Counted from the first letter of the stretch, positions 50,922-62,205 are shown. The stretch is 64,000 nucleotides of DNA from Acidobacteriota bacterium (GCA_036507075.1 DASXQR010000152.1:32001-96000), one strand, 5' to 3'. Made by a program: numbers and translations. Notes: a model not told the origin generated them from the sequence alone.

Positions 50922-53606
50922 TCAGGCTCCATGGCAGCGCTTATATTTTTTGCCGCTGCCGCAGGGACACGGCTCATTGCGTCCCACCTTGGGATAAGCG
51001 CGCTGCATGGTTTTGACCGGGGCGTCCGATCCTCCCAGTGATGCGGGGTTTTCTGCAGGCGCGGAAAGCACCAGCTCATGCTGCCGTCGCCGCTGCTGCT
51101 GGATTTCGCGCTGCTCTTCCTGAGCCACCGGCTGCAGCAGGAAAAGGTAGCGCACGATTTCCTCGGTAATGCGGTTCCAGAGGTCTTCGAACATATCGAA
51201 GCTCTCTTTCTTGTACTCGACCAGCGGGTCTCGCTGGCCGTAACCACGCAGTCCGATTCCTTCCTTTAGATGGTCGAGAGCAAGCAAGTGGTCTTTCCAC
51301 TGATTGTCGATGATATTCAACATGATCATGCGCTCGTGGAATCGCATCACCTGGGGTCCGTCCGGGCCGATCTGCTTTTCCTTATCCTCATATTCGCGCT
51401 GGATCAAAGCCCACAACTGGTCTTTCAGGTCACGACGGCCGAGCTTTGCGGGATCGATTCCGGTCCTCTTCAGATCGATTCCGAAAATGCGCTCCAGGTT
51501 GACCTGCAGATTGGCGATGTCCCACTCTTCGGGATGCTGTTCTTCGGGGGCGTACTGGTCCAGATTTTCCAGCAGCAGCTCTTCGGCTAGCTGCATGATG
51601 TATTCACGCTGGTCCTGGCCTTCCAGCAGCTCGCGCCGCATGCGGTAAATTTCGGCGCGCTGCTTGTTCATCACGTCGTCGTATTCGAGCAGATGTTTGC
51701 GAACCTCGAAGTTGTGTCCTTCCACCTGGCGCTGGGCGCGCTCGATCTGTTTTGTGATCAGACGGCTCTCGATGGGGACTCCTTCCTCCATTCCCAGCGA
51801 CTGCATCAGGCCGGAAATACGCTCGCCGGCAAAGATGCGAAGCAAGTCGTCTTCCAGCGAAAGGTAAAAACGCGAAGATCCGGGGTCTCCCTGGCGACCG
51901 GCTCGCCCTCGCAACTGATTGTCGATACGTCTGGCTTCATGCCGCTCGGTGCCGAGGATGTGCAGGCCGCCGAGCCCGATCACTTCTTTTCGCTCCTCTT
52001 CCACGTCCGGCTTCACCTGCCCGAGCGCCTCCTGGTAGTCCTTTTCTGAAGCAGTAGTGGGATCGATGCCCCGGTCCCGCAAGATCTGTCGCGCCAGAAA
52101 TTCCTCGTTTCCACCCAGCAGGATATCGGTGCCGCGGCCGGCCATGTTTGTAGCGACAGTAACGGCGCCTTTTCTTCCCGCCTGGGCGACAATCTCGGCT
52201 TCCTTCTCGTGATATTTCGCGTTCAACACGACGTGTTTGATTCCCTGGCGCTTCAGCATGGTGCTGAGCCGTTCGGACTTTTCGATCGCGATCGTGCCCA
52301 CCAGCACCGGCCGGCCCACGTCATTCAATTCCTTGATTTCGTTCACCACGGCTTCAAATTTTTCGCGCTCGGTCCGATAAATCACGTCCGGATGTTCGAT
52401 CCGGTCCAGTCGCTTGTTGGTCGGAATAGCCACCACGTCCAACTTGTAAATCTTGTGGAACTCTTCCGCTTCGGTCTCGGCAGTTCCGGTCATACCGGCC
52501 AGTTTTTTATACAGACGGAAGTAATTCTGAAAGGTAATGGTCGCCAGCGTCTGGTTCTCGCGTTCGATGCGGACGCCTTCTTTTGCTTCCAGAGCCTGGT
52601 GCAGGCCGTCGCTGTACCTGCGTCCGGGCATCTGACGTCCGGTGAACTCATCGACTATGACGACCTGGGCGTCCTTGACCAGATAGTCGACGTCCTTGGT
52701 AAAGAGCGTGTGGGCGCGCAAGGCCTGCTGAACATGGTGGACCCACTCCATGTTGCGAGGATCATACAGGTTGCCCACACCCAGGTAGCGTTCGGCCTTC
52801 TCGATTCCTTCTTCCGTGATCGTCACAGTACGCGCCTTTTCGTCGATCAAGTAATCAATGTCGCGGCTCAGACGTGGAATGAACTTGTCGACCTTGTAAT
52901 ACTTGTCCGTCGATTCTTCGGCCGGTCCCGAAATGATCAGCGGCGTTCGCGCTTCATCGATCAGGATCGAATCCACCTCGTCCACGATTCCGAAATTGTG
53001 CGCGCGCTGCACGCAGTGCGACAGGTCAAATTTCATGTTGTCGCGCAGGTAATCGAATCCGAATTCGTTGTTTGTGCCGTAGGTGACGTCGCACTGGTAG
53101 GCCTGCTGCCGCTCGAAATCATCCAGCTCGTGCTGGATGGTGCCCACCGTGAGGCCCACGTAGTGGTAAATGCGGCCCATCCATTCCGCGTCGCGCCGGG
53201 CCAGGTAGTCATTCACCGTCACGACGTGCACGCCTTTCCCTGCAAGGCTGTTGAGATAGACGGGCAGTGTTGCCACCAGCGTTTTTCCCTCGCCGGTTTT
53301 CATTTCGGCGATCTTGCCCTGGTGCAGCACGATTCCGCCGATCAACTGGACGTCATAGTGACGCATGTTGAGCGTGCGCTTGCCTGCTTCGCGCACCACG
53401 GCAAAGGCTTCCGGCAGCAGCTCGTCCAGATCGGCGCCGCGGCTCAGTTTTTCTTTGAGTTCTCCGGTCTTCGCTCTCAGTTGATCCGCCGAAAGTTTCG
53501 CCATGTCCGGCTCGAGCCGATTAATCTGAGCAACCCTCGGCGCAATGCGCTTCATGTCGCGCTCGGACTGTGTGCCGACGATCTTTTTCAGGATGGTTTC
53601 AAACAT
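50922..53606 (-). CDS. secA: Preprotein translocase ATPase
   Basis: [39 protein letters not shown] motif. Confidence 0.98.
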   Translation of the reverse strand: MFETILKKIVGTQSERDMKRIAPRVAQINRLEPDMAKLSADQLRAKTGELKEKLSRGADLDELLPEAFAVVREAGKRTLNMRHYDVQLIGGIVLHQGKIAEMKTGEGKTLVATLPVYLNSLAGKGVHVVTVNDYLARRDAEWMGRIYHYVGLTVGTIQHELDDFERQQAYQCDVTYGTNNEFGFDYLRDNMKFDLSHCVQRAHNFGIVDEVDSILIDEARTPLIISGPAEESTDKYYKVDKFIPRLSRDIDYLIDEKARTVTITEEGIEKAERYLGVGNLYDPRNMEWVHHVQQALRAHTLFTKDVDYLVKDAQVVIVDEFTGRQMPGRRYSDGLHQALEAKEGVRIERENQTLATITFQNYFRLYKKLAGMTGTAETEAEEFHKIYKLDVVAIPTNKRLDRIEHPDVIYRTEREKFEAVVNEIKELNDVGRPVLVGTIAIEKSERLSTMLKRQGIKHVVLNAKYHEKEAEIVAQAGRKGAVTVATNMAGRGTDILLGGNEEFLARQILRDRGIDPTTASEKDYQEALGQVKPDVEEERKEVIGLGGLHILGTERHEARRIDNQLRGRAGRQGDPGSSRFYLSLEDDLLRIFAGERISGLMQSLGMEEGVPIESRLITKQIERAQRQVEGHNFEVRKHLLEYDDVMNKQRAEIYRMRRELLEGQDQREYIMQLAEELLLENLDQYAPEEQHPEEWDIANLQVNLERIFGIDLKRTGIDPAKLGRRDLKDQLWALIQREYEDKEKQIGPDGPQVMRFHERMIMLNIIDNQWKDHLLALDHLKEGIGLRGYGQRDPLVEYKKESFDMFEDLWNRITEEIVRYLFLLQPVAQEEQREIQQQRRRQHELVLSAPAENPASLGGSDAPVKTMQRAYPKVGRNEPCPCGSGKKYKRCHGA

Positions 53607-53624
53607 TCAAGTTAACAGGGGCAA

Positions 53625-53774
53625 GAGTTACCAGTTACAAGTTCGTTGTCGGTTGTCGGTTGTCCGTTGGAGTCTGAAAGTCAAAAGTCGAAAGTCGAAA
53701 GTCGAATTCAGACCTTTGACTTTCGACCTTTGACCTTCGACTTTCAGACCCCAGGGACAACGGACAATCACGAC
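53625..53774. repeat. Nested inverted heptamer tracts upstream of secA
   Basis: GTTGTCG outer layer; AAAGTCG / CGACTTT inner layer. Confidence 0.85.
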
Positions 53775-53827
53775 TTTAACAAAGTTGTACAGAGAGAGCC
53801 AGCATTCGCGGAAAGGATTCGGGGCGT

Positions 53828-55453
53828 TTACTGCGGTAAACCCAACCGCGCCAGGATGGAAGCGAAACGCGCGTCGGAGTGAAGGCTGTCGAAAAGCGGA
53901 TTCACCTTCAGGTACAGCAACCAATAATTGATGGGTTTGTCGCACGCCGTGTTGAGCCAGCGAAACGCCGCGTCAGTTTCGCCGAGCAGCGTGTGGCTCT
54001 CGGCTAGTTCGTACGCCTTTTCCTCTTCACGGAAATTCCAGAATCGCACGAGCTTGATCTGCTCTCGCCATAGAGCCGACGGCTTTGATGTATAGTAAGC
54101 CGCCCGGAGTCTGGAGATATCAGCGGTGGGGTAATACCGCCACAATTCAATAAGCGCGACGTATTCATCAAACGCTTCGTCGTATCGACCCGACACCACA
54201 TACGCGAGGTACAGCAGCATGTGCGCGTCGAAGAAGTTCGGGTCCTGTACCAGGATACTTCGACAGTCCTGAATGCAGCGCTCATAATCACGTTTGAAGT
54301 AAGCCGTTCGCGCCAGATCCGCGCGAATGCTCAGCGAAGACGGATCGAGATCGCGGGCGAGCCGAAGTTCCTGCTCGCATTTTTTCAGATCGCCCTGGAT
54401 TGCGAAATACTGAGCGTAGTACTGCCATACTTTCGGGTCATTTGGGGAAAGCGCGGCGGCGATTTTCAACTCGCGCTCGGCTTCCGACCAGTTGTGATCG
54501 CGAAACATTCGAATGAATCCAAGCGTACTGTGCGGACCGGCCAGCGAGGGATCAAGCGAAAGCGCCTTACTGGCAACTGCGTCGACTTTCTTGAGGCTCA
54601 GGAGATCTCCGGCATATCCTTCCGCCAGACCCACATAGGCTTGCGCAAAATTGGGATCCCTTTCAATTGCGCGCTGAAATGCAGCGATGCCTTTGAACAG
54701 CCCGTTATGACTCTTTTCGCGCAAAGCCTGTTGGCCTTCGAGATAAAAACGGTAGGCCTCCGCTGAATTTGTGCCCTTCGGCCGGGGGGCCGCAGGCGAC
54801 GGTCTCGGTCCGGCGCTCGCATCAATTTCCGAAGTAGAACGCTGTAGTCGCCAGATATAGGCGATCGAGGCGGCTGCAATCAAGATCATCGCTGTCGTCG
54901 CCCGGGACCACCTATTCAACGGATATGTCAAGCGGCGCACCCACGACTGGGTCGCATGAGGTTCAGGCGCCGCCAAGCCAAGCCCATCGGCCGGGTCTAA
55001 TACACTGGCTGATGGAATTTGCAGCCCCACCAGATGTTCTGCGGCCTTGCTTCCGCTCGCGCCGGCGTTGCTCTCGACCGTCAGATTTGCAGTGCCATCT
55101 GCGACGGTTTGCACAACACCGACAAACCGATAACCCCGTTTTGGAACATTTTCGATATGGCAATCGCTTGCATAGAGTGCGAGAACGCGGCGAAGACCTG
55201 AGATGTTCTTTGCCAGGTTGCCCTCCTCAACGAACGTGTCGGGCCAAATCCGGTCAAGAAGGTCCTTCTTGCTGACAATCCGTCCACGCTGCTCCAGCAG
55301 CAAGACGAGAATCTCAAAGGCCTTGGGAGGCAACGAGACAATCTCCCCCGAATGAAATAACGCCGCCTGGCCGCCGTCCAGCAAGAGCGATCCGAACTGG
55401 TATGATTTATGGTCGTCGCCTGTAACAGCCAGGTCCAACAGCATCATTGACAA
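53828..55453 (-). CDS. CadC-like winged-helix + TM + TPR regulator
   Basis: LPPKAFEIL, IWPDTFVEEGNL, PKRGYRF, TPRs, LHSDARF C-terminus. Confidence 0.88.
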   Translation of the reverse strand: MSMMLLDLAVTGDDHKSYQFGSLLLDGGQAALFHSGEIVSLPPKAFEILVLLLEQRGRIVSKKDLLDRIWPDTFVEEGNLAKNISGLRRVLALYASDCHIENVPKRGYRFVGVVQTVADGTANLTVESNAGASGSKAAEHLVGLQIPSASVLDPADGLGLAAPEPHATQSWVRRLTYPLNRWSRATTAMILIAAASIAYIWRLQRSTSEIDASAGPRPSPAAPRPKGTNSAEAYRFYLEGQQALREKSHNGLFKGIAAFQRAIERDPNFAQAYVGLAEGYAGDLLSLKKVDAVASKALSLDPSLAGPHSTLGFIRMFRDHNWSEAERELKIAAALSPNDPKVWQYYAQYFAIQGDLKKCEQELRLARDLDPSSLSIRADLARTAYFKRDYERCIQDCRSILVQDPNFFDAHMLLYLAYVVSGRYDEAFDEYVALIELWRYYPTADISRLRAAYYTSKPSALWREQIKLVRFWNFREEEKAYELAESHTLLGETDAAFRWLNTACDKPINYWLLYLKVNPLFDSLHSDARFASILARLGLPQ

Positions 55454-55663
55454 CCCCGCTAAATGACCGATTCGAAGAGATATTTCGATAGTTGCTGGCT
55501 CCAGATTCTATTCCACCGCACCAGAAATTTCAAAGACAAGGGCGAAAACCTTGAACCAGCACGGCGCTGCCCGCTGGTAAGAAAAAAGTAAGACTTCGGT
55601 AAAGACTCTCTCCCTGTTTGTCGTCAATCTGAACTCCACTCAGCCGTTCAAAGGGGGGCACTG

Positions 55664-58093
55664 ATGGCACTGGCGTCGCGTCTTAGATTTCTGGCTGTTT
55701 TCTCCTGTCTTGCTCTGCTTTTAATCATTGTCAACCCCTCCTCGTCCAGCAAGCGACAGACGGAGGCGTCCCGAAGGCCTGGTTCGTTGAAACCAGAACC
55801 CCATAGGTTGCAACCGGAGCCGAACCGAGACACATCACCCATCAAAACCTTAAAGGGGGGCAAGATGCGGCGTGACCGCCAGGATCAGCGGCTGCGTCGT
55901 CTGAGAGGACGCGATACCGATTCCCTTCACCCCTCTGCGCCCTCGGCGGTAAAAGGAATCCGGCGCGGGGCTGCCGTTATTATGGAAGGCCTCCCGGTCT
56001 CGTTTGAAAAGAACGAAGACCAGGCCGAGCCGAGTGCACTCTATGTGGGAAGAATCGGAAGTCAGTCGGTCTTCGTCGAGACCGATCGAGTGAGGCTGAA
56101 GATCTACACGGTGAACTCACCACAAAGACACAAAGGACACAAAGGCGTTCGTGATCTTGGCGCCTTTGTGGTGAATGAAACCTCAGAAGTAGTACTCCGC
56201 TTCCTGAATTCGAATCCCGACGCCAAACTGACCGCCGAAGACCCGCTTCCCGGCAAAAGCAATTACCTGTTCGGCAACGACCCATCCCATTGGAAAACCA
56301 ACGTCCCGCAATACGCCAGGATCCGCTACAAGCAGATCTATCCGGGAATCGACCTGGTCTTCTACGGCCACAACCAGCAACTCGAATACGATTTGGTCGT
56401 TTCACCCGGAGCGGACCCGAATGTAGTGAAGATGGAGTTCGTCGAAAATAGCGCGGGGGAGCGGGAGAGCGGGAGAGCGGGAGAACTGAGATCGAAAATT
56501 GGAAATCGCAAATCGAAACTCCAGATCAGCGACGAGGGTGACTTGATCCTGGCCACGCCGGCCGGCGAAATTCGCCAACTGAAGCCGAAGATTTACCAGG
56601 AAGTGAATGGCTTCAAGTTCCCGGTGCCGGGAAGATACGTTTTATCCACCACAGAGATACAAAGAGCAATCGGCAATCCGCAATCGGCAATCCGCAATTC
56701 ACTCGACATTCGACACTCGTCACTTGTCACTTTCCAGATCGACTCCTATGACCGAACCAAGCCGCTGGTGATTGATCCCAAGGTGGTCACCCCGATTGAC
56801 ATACCGGGCAGTGGCAACCAACAGATCCAGGGGATTGCCGCCGACGCTCAGGGGAACTGGTATTTGACCGGTTCGACCGATTCAACCAACTTTGCCACGC
56901 GCAATCCAGTCCAATCGACCCGTGCCGGCGATTTTGATGCGTTTGTGATGAAGCTCAGCCCGGATGGGAAAACGATCCTTTATTCGACCTACCTGGGTGG
57001 TACCAAGCCGGATACCGGATACGGGGTTGCCGTCGATTCTGCCGGTAGCGCTTACGTTGTCGGCATGACCGATTCTACCGATTTCCCCACGCGCAATCCC
57101 ATTCAGTCGGCATATGCCGGACCCGCGAATCCATTTACTTTTGCGGGCGACAGTTTCGTTGCCAAGCTGAGTCCAGAAGGCTCGTCGCTGGTTTACTCCA
57201 CATATCTGGGAGGCTCGCAGGATGAAACCCGCCCCGGTATTGCGGTCGATTCATCCGGAAATGTGTATGTCGCAGGCGGTACCAGCTCGACGAATTTTCC
57301 CACCCGCAATGCGCTGCAAAGCACGATGACGCCCGCCGGCGCGACGGGGACTTTCTTTCAAGCAGGATTTATTTCGAAACTGAACGCCAGCGGCTCAGCT
57401 TTGGTGTATTCGACTTTCTTGGGTGGGGGGACAAGAATCAATGGAATGGCCATTGATTCGACAGGCAATGTCTACGTGATGGGCAATGCCGGCACGATCC
57501 CTTCGCCCAGCGGATTTCAGCGTACGCCCGGCGGAGGCGGTGATGCGTTCGTTGTAAAAGTGAACAGCGCAGGTTCTGCCGTGGTGTATTCGACTTATCT
57601 TGGCGGCAGCGGATTGGAACAGGGTTGGGCCATTGCGGTTGACGCCTCAGGAAACGCCCATGTGACTGGTTCGACACAGTCGACCAATTTCCCCACGGTC
57701 AATCCATTTCAGCCCAGCAACGGAGGCAACGGTGATACTTTTGTTACTAAACTGAACCCCGCCGGCACGGCGCTCGTTTATTCTTCCTATCTTGGCGGCT
57801 CGCAAGCTGACGACGGCAAAGGGATCGCCCTCGACACCACCGGCCGTGCGACGGTCGCGGGCACAACGCGATCAACAAATTTCCCGGTCAAAGACGCAAC
57901 TCAAACGACGCTGGGCGGAGGGAGCGACATCTTTGTAATTCGACTTTCCACAGCCGGCTCTTTAGAGTTTTCGACTTACATAGGCCGCACAGCCAACGAA
58001 TATACCAACGCTGTCGCGGTTGGATCGACGAGTGCCAAAAAAACGGGTGGGGATGGAATACGATACGTCGATGAACCTGCCAGTCCAACCTGA
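55664..58093 (+). CDS. SBBP beta-propeller surface protein, N-terminal part (ends at an in-frame TGA)
   Basis: Signal peptide, FEKN, YPGIDL, PLVIDP, repeated YSTYLGG and STNFPT. Confidence 0.85.
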   Translation: MALASRLRFLAVFSCLALLLIIVNPSSSSKRQTEASRRPGSLKPEPHRLQPEPNRDTSPIKTLKGGKMRRDRQDQRLRRLRGRDTDSLHPSAPSAVKGIRRGAAVIMEGLPVSFEKNEDQAEPSALYVGRIGSQSVFVETDRVRLKIYTVNSPQRHKGHKGVRDLGAFVVNETSEVVLRFLNSNPDAKLTAEDPLPGKSNYLFGNDPSHWKTNVPQYARIRYKQIYPGIDLVFYGHNQQLEYDLVVSPGADPNVVKMEFVENSAGERESGRAGELRSKIGNRKSKLQISDEGDLILATPAGEIRQLKPKIYQEVNGFKFPVPGRYVLSTTEIQRAIGNPQSAIRNSLDIRHSSLVTFQIDSYDRTKPLVIDPKVVTPIDIPGSGNQQIQGIAADAQGNWYLTGSTDSTNFATRNPVQSTRAGDFDAFVMKLSPDGKTILYSTYLGGTKPDTGYGVAVDSAGSAYVVGMTDSTDFPTRNPIQSAYAGPANPFTFAGDSFVAKLSPEGSSLVYSTYLGGSQDETRPGIAVDSSGNVYVAGGTSSTNFPTRNALQSTMTPAGATGTFFQAGFISKLNASGSALVYSTFLGGGTRINGMAIDSTGNVYVMGNAGTIPSPSGFQRTPGGGGDAFVVKVNSAGSAVVYSTYLGGSGLEQGWAIAVDASGNAHVTGSTQSTNFPTVNPFQPSNGGNGDTFVTKLNPAGTALVYSSYLGGSQADDGKGIALDTTGRATVAGTTRSTNFPVKDATQTTLGGGSDIFVIRLSTAGSLEFSTYIGRTANEYTNAVAVGSTSAKKTGGDGIRYVDEPASPT

Positions 58094-58141
58094 ATAGGCG
58101 GTGGCCGCTTCGGAGGTCCGGAGCCAGGAACTAATGACGAA

Positions 58142-60946
58142 ATGGACTGTATATTCGAAATTACATTCCCGCCGCCGACTGAAATCTTCGAAGTCGACAA
58201 CTGTATCAAGATCCTGAAGAAGGATGGTCATCTCATCGATGGACACGCGTCGCGACATGCGAGCGATGCAGCCGGCCGTGGCTATAAGGTAGTGCCGGAG
58301 AGGAGCATCTTCACCAAGATCAACGAAGCGTTTGAGTTCACTGCGAAAACAGAGGACCTAACCGGTCACAAGCTGGACTTTGAACCGGGTGACAGCGTTC
58401 TACTTAATCCGCTGCCGTGCCAGTATAAAGAAAACGTTGTTTTTCCCGCTGCTAATTCGGGCGGAGCTCTCCGAGATAATGCTCTCATCGGTTCAGGGAT
58501 GGAGAACACAATCATCGAAGACGAAGGGCAGCCGCTCATTGTACTGAATCCTTCGGCCAGGCTCGAGGCCTTTACGATGGGTGCAAGTGCGCCGGAGTTG
58601 GGGATTCGATTCTTCGGTCAGGGTGGGGATCAGGCGCTTATGTCTAAGGTCAGAATATCGCAGGCTGGCCTGGGCATTAGAGACCGAAAGGATATAGTGA
58701 TCTCTGATTCACGATTCATCAATTCACAAGCGGGCGCGATTGGTATCGACGGTGCGGCGTCGTCATCCATCGTAATAGATAACGTATCGATTGACGGCGG
58801 CCGTGGAATTTATGTAAAGGACGTCCAGCCGGCCAGCGGCACTGGTCTGGTGATCAACAAAGTCACGCTGCAAACCCCAGCGGAGGTCGGGAAAATTACA
58901 AACTCACGCGTCAACATCACGGATCTAAACGCCAACTTATATGTGGAAGGTTTGACCATCGAGCAGAGTACCGGTGGAATATCAAAAAGCAACTTTGTAA
59001 AGGCTCAGAATTTTGCTGACTCCGTTGGGCTGAGTTTGCTTAACAACGGTAGTTTCACAGTCGGACCTGGTGTCGCCTTCATAGGCGAACCAAGAATACC
59101 TGTATCCGGTGAGGGCATATACTTCACAAACGGCGCAGCCTTGGTGATTGCCGGAAATTCCATAAGTCAATATCTTTTGGGTATCGATGGATTCGTCAGT
59201 CAAAACGCCGAGTTAGCCAAGAAAGTACTTCTGGAGAGAAATGCAATAAAGGGCAACAGTATCGGCGTACGAATAGCCGTAAGCGGCTTTCAGCCGGCGG
59301 GCTCGACAAAGAGCCGCGAATTTGGCTTCCCCAACGTCGCAGGCGCCGGTTCTCCACTTGTGCTCCAGAATAATTCCATCTTCGGTAACTTACAGTTCGG
59401 TGTCCGCATCGAAAATCGGAATACGGACCTGGGAGGTGGCTCATTCGGGAGTACAGGAGGTAACATCCTCTCGGCCAACGGTCAACTGGATCTGACTAAC
59501 GAATCTGGCGGTCGCATCTCGGCCAAGAACAACGTCTGGTCCAGTGCTGATCCGAATGAGATTCTAAGCAGGTATGTCACTCCTGGTGCAGGGATCGACG
59601 TCGCTCCAGTCATGCCTGTACAGTCGAAGTACTTTGCTCAATTCGTCGAGTTGTCCGGCTTTACATCCAAGGCAACCCTGACCAATTCGTCGCGTACCAA
59701 TGGCGCTGCGGCATTACTTGCTTTTCGGAATTCTGCCGGTGTAGCGCAGAATGTACCACTTAACGGCAGCGACAGCGTTAACGGGCTGCAGCCCGGGGCT
59801 GTCGCCGCGCTTGGAGCAGCTTCGTTTGCAACTAGCGCGGCAACGACGGCTGTCAATGTCGGCTCGCTCACTGTCGCCTCTGGCCGTCCGCTTGCCGGGA
59901 CTGTACTGTTTTCCGGCCCTTCGGGTGTTGCCGGAGTAGGCGCGTCTGAATTGCTTACTCAGTTCATCGCTCCTGTGGAAAGAAACACTGCCAAGTCCGT
60001 GAACTCCGGCGTCGCAATCACCAATCCGAATACGACGACGGCGGTTGGTGTCCAACTGCGGCTGCGCGAGAATTCTACTGGCCAGATTCGGCAGGCGACG
60101 CTGCAGCTTGCGGCCGGCGGTCAGGCGGCTAAATTTATCGATGAGTTGTTTTTAGGATTGCCCAACGACTTCGTCGGCACATTAATCGCCGCTGCGCCGA
60201 CACAGATTGCCGCAACCATCATTCGCACCAGTCCTGGCCAATTTGCCACATTGCCGGTGACCGGCGCCGGAGTGAAGAAGCTTCTCTTCGCACAGTTCGG
60301 CGAGGTGACGGGTGTCAGCTCGACACTCACCTTTGTGAATCCTTCCACGGACAAAACGGCCAACGTGACGGTGAAACTCTATGACGACAACGGCGCCCCG
60401 CTCACTGTAAATCTGGGCGGTCAGGATCGGGCCGGGCAGTTTAACTTTAATGTGTCGCCGCAGAGTTCCGTCAGCTTCAGTTCTCCGGGAACGAGTGCTG
60501 CGGCCAAAGTTGGGTCCGTAGTTGTCGATTCGACTGAAAACATCGGGGGCACGATTCTGTTTGGCGGTGCATTTGGATTGGCAGGAGTGGGCGCAAGCCA
60601 GGCACTTTCAAACTTTATTGCGCCGGTTGAGCAAAGCGCCACAGGCAACGTGACCATCGGCGTGGCGCTGATGAACCTCGGCACGGCCGAAGTTACGGTT
60701 CGTCTGACGCTGCGCGATGAATCCGGTACGCCGCTCAGCAACGGCACCGTCGATGTAAAGCTGAAAGGTCTGGGCCACGATGCCAAATTTATCGCCCAGC
60801 ATTTCTCTAACCTGGATCTGAAAGATTTCCGGGGGACGATCACCGGAGAAGTCATAGGCCAGGGCCAGATCGGCGCCACGGTGATCCGACAGTCAGGCGC
60901 GCCGCTGGAATTCGCGACGCTGCCGGTAGCGGAGATTATCCCTTAA
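58142..60946 (+). CDS. Beta-helix plus two C-terminal ~200-aa modules; probable continuation of 55664..58093
   Basis: Same frame as the upstream ORF; no signal peptide; two YFAQF/LFAQF...FATLPV modules. Confidence 0.8.
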   Translation: MDCIFEITFPPPTEIFEVDNCIKILKKDGHLIDGHASRHASDAAGRGYKVVPERSIFTKINEAFEFTAKTEDLTGHKLDFEPGDSVLLNPLPCQYKENVVFPAANSGGALRDNALIGSGMENTIIEDEGQPLIVLNPSARLEAFTMGASAPELGIRFFGQGGDQALMSKVRISQAGLGIRDRKDIVISDSRFINSQAGAIGIDGAASSSIVIDNVSIDGGRGIYVKDVQPASGTGLVINKVTLQTPAEVGKITNSRVNITDLNANLYVEGLTIEQSTGGISKSNFVKAQNFADSVGLSLLNNGSFTVGPGVAFIGEPRIPVSGEGIYFTNGAALVIAGNSISQYLLGIDGFVSQNAELAKKVLLERNAIKGNSIGVRIAVSGFQPAGSTKSREFGFPNVAGAGSPLVLQNNSIFGNLQFGVRIENRNTDLGGGSFGSTGGNILSANGQLDLTNESGGRISAKNNVWSSADPNEILSRYVTPGAGIDVAPVMPVQSKYFAQFVELSGFTSKATLTNSSRTNGAAALLAFRNSAGVAQNVPLNGSDSVNGLQPGAVAALGAASFATSAATTAVNVGSLTVASGRPLAGTVLFSGPSGVAGVGASELLTQFIAPVERNTAKSVNSGVAITNPNTTTAVGVQLRLRENSTGQIRQATLQLAAGGQAAKFIDELFLGLPNDFVGTLIAAAPTQIAATIIRTSPGQFATLPVTGAGVKKLLFAQFGEVTGVSSTLTFVNPSTDKTANVTVKLYDDNGAPLTVNLGGQDRAGQFNFNVSPQSSVSFSSPGTSAAAKVGSVVVDSTENIGGTILFGGAFGLAGVGASQALSNFIAPVEQSATGNVTIGVALMNLGTAEVTVRLTLRDESGTPLSNGTVDVKLKGLGHDAKFIAQHFSNLDLKDFRGTITGEVIGQGQIGATVIRQSGAPLEFATLPVAEIIP

Positions 60947-61179
60947 CCAGTGCATCTGAGTCCAAGCCTCCTGAGCGTGGCCTGCTGTTCCAAAACCAAT
61001 TCACGGAGCGGCCTGCCCGTTAATTTGCAAATATTCGTGATGCGCGGCGAAACCTCCGCGAGCGATGGGGGAATGGCAGGTTTGCAGTTCTTGTTCCAGA
61101 AGATCGAAGGCCAGGCTCCGTTGTTGTCGCACCACGCGTGGCATTAGGTTTATACTCATGCGCGCGGTTTTTCGGGGCC

Positions 61180-61510
61180 GTTGGTTGATCTTGATACACC
61201 GCCCGCCGATCGAATCCAGTGACATTACAGTCACCGCGACTTCCTTGCGCGCCCTTCAGGTCTATGCGCCGAAATCACAGCGGGCCGACTATGTGAAGCC
61301 GCGGGAATGCCGGTTACCGATCAAGTCTATCGACGCGGGATCCGCTTTCTTCTGAACACCCAGCTCGAAGACGGGTCCTGGTATGTCCGTTCCCGTTCCA
61401 TGCCTTTCCAGCCCTTTTTTGAAAGCGGATTCCCCCACGGACATGACCAGTGGATTTCCGCAGCCGCCAGCAACTGGGCCACCATGGCGCTGGCGCCGGC
61501 AGCGCGATAA
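61180..61510 (+). pseudogene. Remnant of a prenyltransferase/squalene-cyclase-repeat protein
   Basis: RPPIESSDITVTATSLRAL in one frame and FLLNTQLEDGSW...GFPHGHDQWIS in another. Confidence 0.6.
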
Positions 61511-61612
61511 GCCTTGAGGCTGCCGGGCCAATGTGCGGGCATTCAAGGCCATCGTTCCACCTCCTTGCCAGAGTGATTGCAGCTTCATCTGATATCGTTA
61601 TATGATGACGGT

Positions 61613-61843
61613 ATGCGGACCATCATTGACCTCCCGGAAGACCAGATTGAGGCGCTCGACGAGTGGTGCCGGCGAAAGAAGATCTCTCGCGCCGAGGCGA
61701 TTCGCCAGGCGGTTGCCCAGCTTTTACCGCGCCACAAGTCGAGCTGGCGAAATCATCCTGCCGTGGGCTTGTGGAAGGGACAAAAAAGGCGGGCCGATTC
61801 GGTCGAATACGTCCGCCGCGTTCGGAAAGAGTGGCAGCGGTGA
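61613..61843 (+). CDS. CopG/RHH antitoxin (VapB-like)
   Basis: MRTIIDLPEDQ...ISRAEAIRQAV; GTGA overlap with the PIN gene. Confidence 0.85.
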   Translation: MRTIIDLPEDQIEALDEWCRRKKISRAEAIRQAVAQLLPRHKSSWRNHPAVGLWKGQKRRADSVEYVRRVRKEWQR

Positions 61844-62205
61844 AAGCGCTGTTCGATTCGAACATTGTAATTGACGCGCTCAAGGCCATTCCGCTCGCTT
61901 TTGAGGAACTCGAGCGGTACGAGGAATGTCTGATCAGCCGCATCACATGGATCGAAATTCTTGCCGGAGCGGAGTCAATGCTCGAAGAGCAGGCATTTCG
62001 GGATTATCTGAAAAAATTCAGCATCCGCGAATTGGATGGACCGGTCAGCGAACGCGTCATCAGCCTGCGTCGGAAATACAAATTGAAGATCCCCGACGCG
62101 ATTATCTGGGCAACAGCCGAGCACGAAGGCTGTATCCTGGTCACGCGCAACACGAAAGATTATCCCAAAGACCTTCCGGGGATCCGGTTCCCGTATAGGC
62201 TATAA
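61840..62205 (+). CDS. vapC: PIN-domain toxin
   Basis: LFDSNIVID, ITWIE, PDAIIWATA, LVTRNTKD. Confidence 0.88.
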   Translation: MKALFDSNIVIDALKAIPLAFEELERYEECLISRITWIEILAGAESMLEEQAFRDYLKKFSIRELDGPVSERVISLRRKYKLKIPDAIIWATAEHEGCILVTRNTKDYPKDLPGIRFPYRL

